Of a stretch of 64,000 bases of DNA, positions 60,285 through 64,000 are shown in pieces. Position 1 is the first letter of the stretch. Every line of letters starts with the position of its first letter. The DNA comes from an uncultured Gammaproteobacteria bacterium (lineage in GTDB: Bacteria; Patescibacteriota; Microgenomatia; UBA10105; UBA927): positions 9,795 to 73,794 of the forward strand of contig CAYUKU010000004.1 of the NCBI GenBank assembly GCA_964445435.1, given 5' to 3'. The notes under the pieces are model-generated. The model was not told the origin of the DNA. It made no database searches and saw only the letters and a list, made by a program, of their open reading frames with translations. Made by a program: the position numbers and the translations under genes.

Positions 60285-60788
60285 GTGGAGAATCCATATT
60301 ACGATCGGCTGCTTGCCGCAGCGTTACGCTTTGTTTCCTACCGGCCCCGCAGTGAGGCTGAATTTACTGATTTTTTGCAAAAAAAACTGAAGAAGTGGGA
60401 TGTGGCGGGCGATCTTCTTCTGGAAAAGGTGAAAACTCGGATGAGCGAGTTGGGGTATATCGACGATGATGCATTCATCGCCTGGTGGATTTCCCAGCGC
60501 CTTCGATTTCGCCCGAAAGGGATGCGCGTCATAAGACAGGAACTTCTTAGGAAGGGTCTTCCCCGTGATCGCATAGAGGAGGTTATATCGCGTCTCACGA
60601 AAGAAGAGGGGGTGAGCGAGGGGGAAGCGGCGAAAAAGGCGGTTCAGAAAAAGATTATTCTATGGGCCAAATTACCAAGAATTGAACAAAAAAGAAAACT
60701 GTATACATTTTTAGCTCAACGGGGATTTACCTCAGGAACAATCGGCCGCGCCATTGACGAATTGATCCAAAAAGAATACAATGAATAG
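60285..60788 (+). CDS. recX: Regulatory protein RecX
   Basis: YRPRSEAE, GYIDDDAF, G...IRQEL.RKG, LAQRGF; follows recA. Confidence 0.9.
   Translation: MENPYYDRLLAAALRFVSYRPRSEAEFTDFLQKKLKKWDVAGDLLLEKVKTRMSELGYIDDDAFIAWWISQRLRFRPKGMRVIRQELLRKGLPRDRIEEVISRLTKEEGVSEGEAAKKAVQKKIILWAKLPRIEQKRKLYTFLAQRGFTSGTIGRAIDELIQKEYNE
60754..60782 (+). promoter_or_regulatory. sigma70 promoter for rny inside the recX 3' end
   Basis: TTGACG-17 nt-TACAAT. Confidence 0.65.
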
Positions 60789-60790
60789 TA

Positions 60791-60931
60791 CCAAAAACGG
60801 AGGTTTTTGGAAGAAACTTTTGTTTGATAAAACAGCATTGTAGGTTTATGTCGAAACGAATCTTAGGAAAACCTTCAACACACGCACCCTTGTCATAAGG
60901 GCGGTTTTTGCTGTCTTCACGCACGAGTTTC
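60791..60931 (+). ncRNA. Candidate multi-stem leader RNA upstream of rny
   Basis: 5' hairpin CCAAAAAC-GGAG-GTTTTTGG; nested stems GAAACTT/GAGTTTC and ACAGCA/TGCTGT enclosing AGGTTT/AAACCT and CCCTT/AAGGG. Confidence 0.45.
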
Positions 60932-60968
60932 CCCAAAGATCCATTCATTCATTTTTTTCGGAGGCACT

Positions 60969-62480
60969 ATGTTAGACGTTCTTAAAACCCTTACCGGGTT
61001 AGTAAAAACCAAGAAAGCAAAGGTAGCACAAGCGCCCCAACCGGTCAAGCCGCAGGCACCCAAAAGAGAGCCGGAAAAGCCTGTGAAACAGGTGCCGGTC
61101 CAGCCGTCTGTGGACACGGAAGCGGCGGTACGGCTCGCGGAAGCAAAAGCCCGGGAAATCATCATCGAAGCGAAAGATCAAGCCCTGCGGATTCGCAGAG
61201 ACGCGGAGGATGAAGCACGTAGACGAGGAGAGGCGATAGACCGTCGTGAGGGGGCATTAAGCGAAAGAGACAAGAGGTTAAGCGATCTTGAGCAAGAAGT
61301 CGAGAAGCGGCTTCGGGATGTTGAAACCGCTAAGAAAGAGCAAATCGCCAAACTCGAGAAAGCGGCACACTTGACGCGCGAGGAAGCCAAAGAGGTCATC
61401 CTTGCTGCAGTCCGTGATCAGATTCGGGAGGATATCGCCAAAGAGCTTCGTGAAGCGGCGGAGAAAGCGAAAGAAGAAGCAGACGCAAAAGCCAAGGAGA
61501 TCCTGGTCGACGCCATGCGTCACGGAGCAACTGATTATGTCCCCGAATACACCGTTTCAGTAGTGAAAATTGCAGATGAAGACGTTAAAGGCCGAATCAT
61601 CGGTAAAGAGGGCCGCAACATTCGTACATTCGAGCAGGTGACCGGGGTTGACGTGGATCTGGATGAGGAAGGCGTCATCCGCCTGTCCTGCTTCGATCCG
61701 GTGCGTCGTGAGGTTGCCCGCATTGCCCTTGAGCGGCTCCTTCGTGATGGACGTGTGCAGCCAGGCCGTATAGAGGAGATCGTTGAGATCGTGCGCAAGG
61801 AGCTTGACCGCATCATGTTTGAAGAAGGCCAGAAACTCTGTCATGCGGTGGGAGTATATAACTTGCCCGCGCCCATTATCGCCCATTTGGGGAAATTCAA
61901 ATACCGCTTTTCGTATGGTCAGAATATGATCGCCCATACGCTGGAAGAAACCAAGATAGGTATCGCACTTGCCCAGGAAATTGGTGCAGACGTAAATACA
62001 GTCAGATTGGGCTGTCTTCTCCATGATATCGGGAAAGTCATCATGGATAAGGAAGGGAGCCATGTCACACTGGGCGTTGAACTTCTTCGCAAGTATGGTA
62101 TGCCCTCGAAGGTTACGGACTGTGTCGCGCAGCATCATGAAGATACGCCGTTTTCATCTATTGAGTCCATGCTGGTATATATCGCGGACGCGATTTCCGG
62201 AAGTCGTCCCGGAGCGCGGTACGAGAATCACGAGGACTATGTGAAGCGGCTCACCGATTTGGAGACGATAGCCAAGTCACATAAAGGTGTGACAGAAGCA
62301 TTCGCGTTCCAGGCAGGACGAGAGCTTCGGGTTGTCGTCGATCCGGGGAACGTTGATGACGCGACCGCGACTATTATGGCCAGCGAGATTAAGAAGGAAA
62401 TCGAGGAGAAGCTGACGTATCCGGGTCAGATAAAGATTTCCGTTATCCGCGAACTTCGGGCAGTCGAAGTTGCCAAATAA
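60969..62480 (+). CDS. rny: Ribonuclease Y
   Basis: Coiled coil, KH domain KGRIIGKEGRNIR, HD motif LLHDIGK, ADAISGSRPGAR, YPGQIK. Confidence 0.97.
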   Translation: MLDVLKTLTGLVKTKKAKVAQAPQPVKPQAPKREPEKPVKQVPVQPSVDTEAAVRLAEAKAREIIIEAKDQALRIRRDAEDEARRRGEAIDRREGALSERDKRLSDLEQEVEKRLRDVETAKKEQIAKLEKAAHLTREEAKEVILAAVRDQIREDIAKELREAAEKAKEEADAKAKEILVDAMRHGATDYVPEYTVSVVKIADEDVKGRIIGKEGRNIRTFEQVTGVDVDLDEEGVIRLSCFDPVRREVARIALERLLRDGRVQPGRIEEIVEIVRKELDRIMFEEGQKLCHAVGVYNLPAPIIAHLGKFKYRFSYGQNMIAHTLEETKIGIALAQEIGADVNTVRLGCLLHDIGKVIMDKEGSHVTLGVELLRKYGMPSKVTDCVAQHHEDTPFSSIESMLVYIADAISGSRPGARYENHEDYVKRLTDLETIAKSHKGVTEAFAFQAGRELRVVVDPGNVDDATATIMASEIKKEIEEKLTYPGQIKISVIRELRAVEVAK

Positions 62481-62486
62481 TCAGTC

Positions 62487-62528
62487 GTGACGATCTAAAC
62501 AAATAGTTTATTTGATTTAGATTGTTAT
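62487..62528 (+). terminator. Long AT-rich hairpin after rny
   Basis: GTGACGATCTAAA-CAAATA-GTT-TATTTG-A-TTTAGATTGTTAT; no downstream U-tract. Confidence 0.5.
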
Positions 62529-62551
62529 AGAGCGATGCGCAAAATGATATC

Positions 62552-62580
62552 TTGACATGACGCGCCGCATCTTCTACATT
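62552..62580 (+). promoter_or_regulatory. sigma70 promoter for hup
   Basis: TTGACA-17 nt-TACATT. Confidence 0.65.
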
Positions 62581-62659
62581 GCCTCGTAGATCCCGTCAGA
62601 ACGGGAAATCCAAAAAGAAAGCTTGTCTTAATCTTCTGCCCGAAGGAGGTGACGTTTAC

Positions 62660-62932
62660 ATGACCAAGGCAGATCTCGTTGAGGTAGTTGCCAAGAAGGC
62701 AAATCTAACCGCCAAAGCAGCTCGCGAATCAGTCGCAGCAGTATTTGGATCAATCACAGACGCACTTAAAAAGGGTGACAAGGTAGTAGTGACCGGGTTT
62801 GGGACATTCATGGTCCGATCCCGCAAATCACGAACCGGCCGAAATCCGCAGACAGGTGCTCCGATCAGCATCCCGGCCCGAAAGACGCCAGGATTCACCG
62901 CTGGCAAAGCCCTGAAAAAAGTTGTTCGGTAA
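62660..62932 (+). CDS. hup: DNA-binding protein HU
   Basis: MTKADLV, GFGTF, RTGRNPQTG, F.AGKALK; strong SD AAGGAGGTGA. Confidence 0.96.
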   Translation: MTKADLVEVVAKKANLTAKAARESVAAVFGSITDALKKGDKVVVTGFGTFMVRSRKSRTGRNPQTGAPISIPARKTPGFTAGKALKKVVR

Positions 62933-62950
62933 GCGCCAACAACATTTCCA

Positions 62951-62982
62951 AGGAGACTCCCTCAATCTTGAAGGAGTCTCTT
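62951..62982 (+). terminator. Hairpin after hup
   Basis: AGGAGACTCC...GGAGTCTCTT, immediately followed by extended -10 TGGTATACT (62984-62992). Confidence 0.5.
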
Positions 62983-63004
62983 CTGGTATACTTAAAGGCG
63001 TTTT

Positions 63005-63985
63005 ATGGTCATATCCGTATCCCATCTCACCAAAAAATATCAGATCACCAAAAAGCAGCCCGGGCTCGTCGGAAGCATACGATCGCTTCTTTTCCGACAG
63101 TTTGAATCGATTTTCGCGGTGAACGACATTTCCTTTGATATCGAGGAGGGAGAATTGGTCGGATTTATCGGGCCCAACGGAGCCGGGAAAACAACGACGC
63201 TCAAGTGCTTGTCCGGTCTTTTGTACCCCTCCTCGGGGAAGGTGGAGGTCATGGGATTTATCCCTCAGAATCGGGACAAGAAACTTCTGACGCAGATTGC
63301 TCTGGTCATGGGGCAGAAAAACCAGCTCTGGTGGGACCTGCCTCCCATGGAGACGTTCCTTCTCAATAAGGAAATTTACGAGATCCCCGACGACGTATTT
63401 AAGCGTACGCTTCATGAACTCGTTGATCTTCTTGACGTGTCTTCGCTTCTGGAAGTGCAGGTGCGCAAACTGTCTCTGGGCGAACGCATGAAGATGGAGC
63501 TCATCGCAGCACTCATTCATGCGCCCAAGGTGCTTTTTCTTGACGAGCCGACGATCGGTCTTGATGTGGTGATGCAGAAGAATATGCGCGATTTTATAAA
63601 AGAATATAACGAACGCCATAACTCCACGATCCTTCTTACGTCGCATTACATGGAAGACGTGCGTCAACTGGCCAAGCGCGTCATTGTGATCGATCACGGG
63701 AAGATTCTGTATGACGGGAAGCTCGATAATCTTATCCGTAAGTTTGCCAAATATAAACTTCTTTCAGTCGTTCTGGAAGAATATATGACTCCGGATAAGC
63801 TGAACCAAATCGGTGAACTGGTCAGTTATACATTCCCCAAGGCGGTTATCCGCGTGCCTCGGAATGCCTCAAACGTGGCAGCAGCAGAGTTGCTTTCGAA
63901 GTATCCGGTTGATGACCTAAACATAGAAGAGCCGGATATCGAGGATATCATCCGCGATGTTTTCGGCTCCGCGAAGCAGAAATGA
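63005..63985 (+). CDS. ABC-2 type exporter ATP-binding subunit
   Basis: GPNGAGKTT, LSLGERMK, FLDEPTIGLD, LLTSHYM. Confidence 0.93.
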   Translation: MVISVSHLTKKYQITKKQPGLVGSIRSLLFRQFESIFAVNDISFDIEEGELVGFIGPNGAGKTTTLKCLSGLLYPSSGKVEVMGFIPQNRDKKLLTQIALVMGQKNQLWWDLPPMETFLLNKEIYEIPDDVFKRTLHELVDLLDVSSLLEVQVRKLSLGERMKMELIAALIHAPKVLFLDEPTIGLDVVMQKNMRDFIKEYNERHNSTILLTSHYMEDVRQLAKRVIVIDHGKILYDGKLDNLIRKFAKYKLLSVVLEEYMTPDKLNQIGELVSYTFPKAVIRVPRNASNVAAAELLSKYPVDDLNIEEPDIEDIIRDVFGSAKQK

Positions 63986-64000
63986 AAGCATATCTTCAAA
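63982..64000 (+). CDS. Probable ABC-2 permease, 5' fragment
   Basis: ATGA overlap with the ATPase stop, reads MKAYLQ to the window edge; identity inferred from context only. Confidence 0.4.

Noticed and set aside
62828-63697. Long antisense ORFs (also 12031-12837, 4379-5098, 38996-39649, 48702-49331, 57211-57819)
   Set aside because: They are shadows of well-supported sense genes with no recognisable motifs

Overview
A gene-dense, mostly + strand housekeeping segment of a small-genome bacterium using translation table 11 (TGA is a stop). It is very likely Patescibacteria/CPR and Microgenomates-like. That assignment is an inference from the missing rpmD/uL30 between rpsE and rplO, the C-terminally truncated AlaRS, the typical DUF content and the scarcity of SD sites. 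Order: rnj(3' end)-ftsK-rodZ-like; an amidinotransferase-family enzyme; alaS followed by an envelope cluster (FtsA-like/TM/baseplate-J-like protein, sortase, Zn finger, mltG, DUF2207); several accessory genes; rpoB-rpoC-rpsL-rpsG; an ~11 kb redox/DNA-repair block splitting the str operon; fusA-tuf-S10-spc-alpha-rplM-rpsI with cmk inserted between adk and map; SPFH; a VOC pseudogene; tRNA-Pro(GGG); recA-recX-rny-hup; and an ABC transporter. I found no rRNA, CRISPR array, transposase, integrase or prophage. The most unusual signals are non-coding. (1) Terminator-like hairpin+U-tract elements lie downstream of good sigma70 promoters in the 5' leaders of rpoB, fusA, tuf, rplC and infA, while the hairpins at gene 3' ends lack U-tracts. 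(2) Multi-stem structured leaders precede rny and infA. (3) A pervasive SD-independent TAA-(N)-CT-ATG start context is present. (4) Many mRNAs appear leaderless, and an identical 12-mer bidirectional -10 element sits at two divergent gene pairs. The most intriguing protein cluster is the uncharacterised alaS-to-mltG envelope module. All function calls come from reading motifs by eye; no database searches or folding programs were run.
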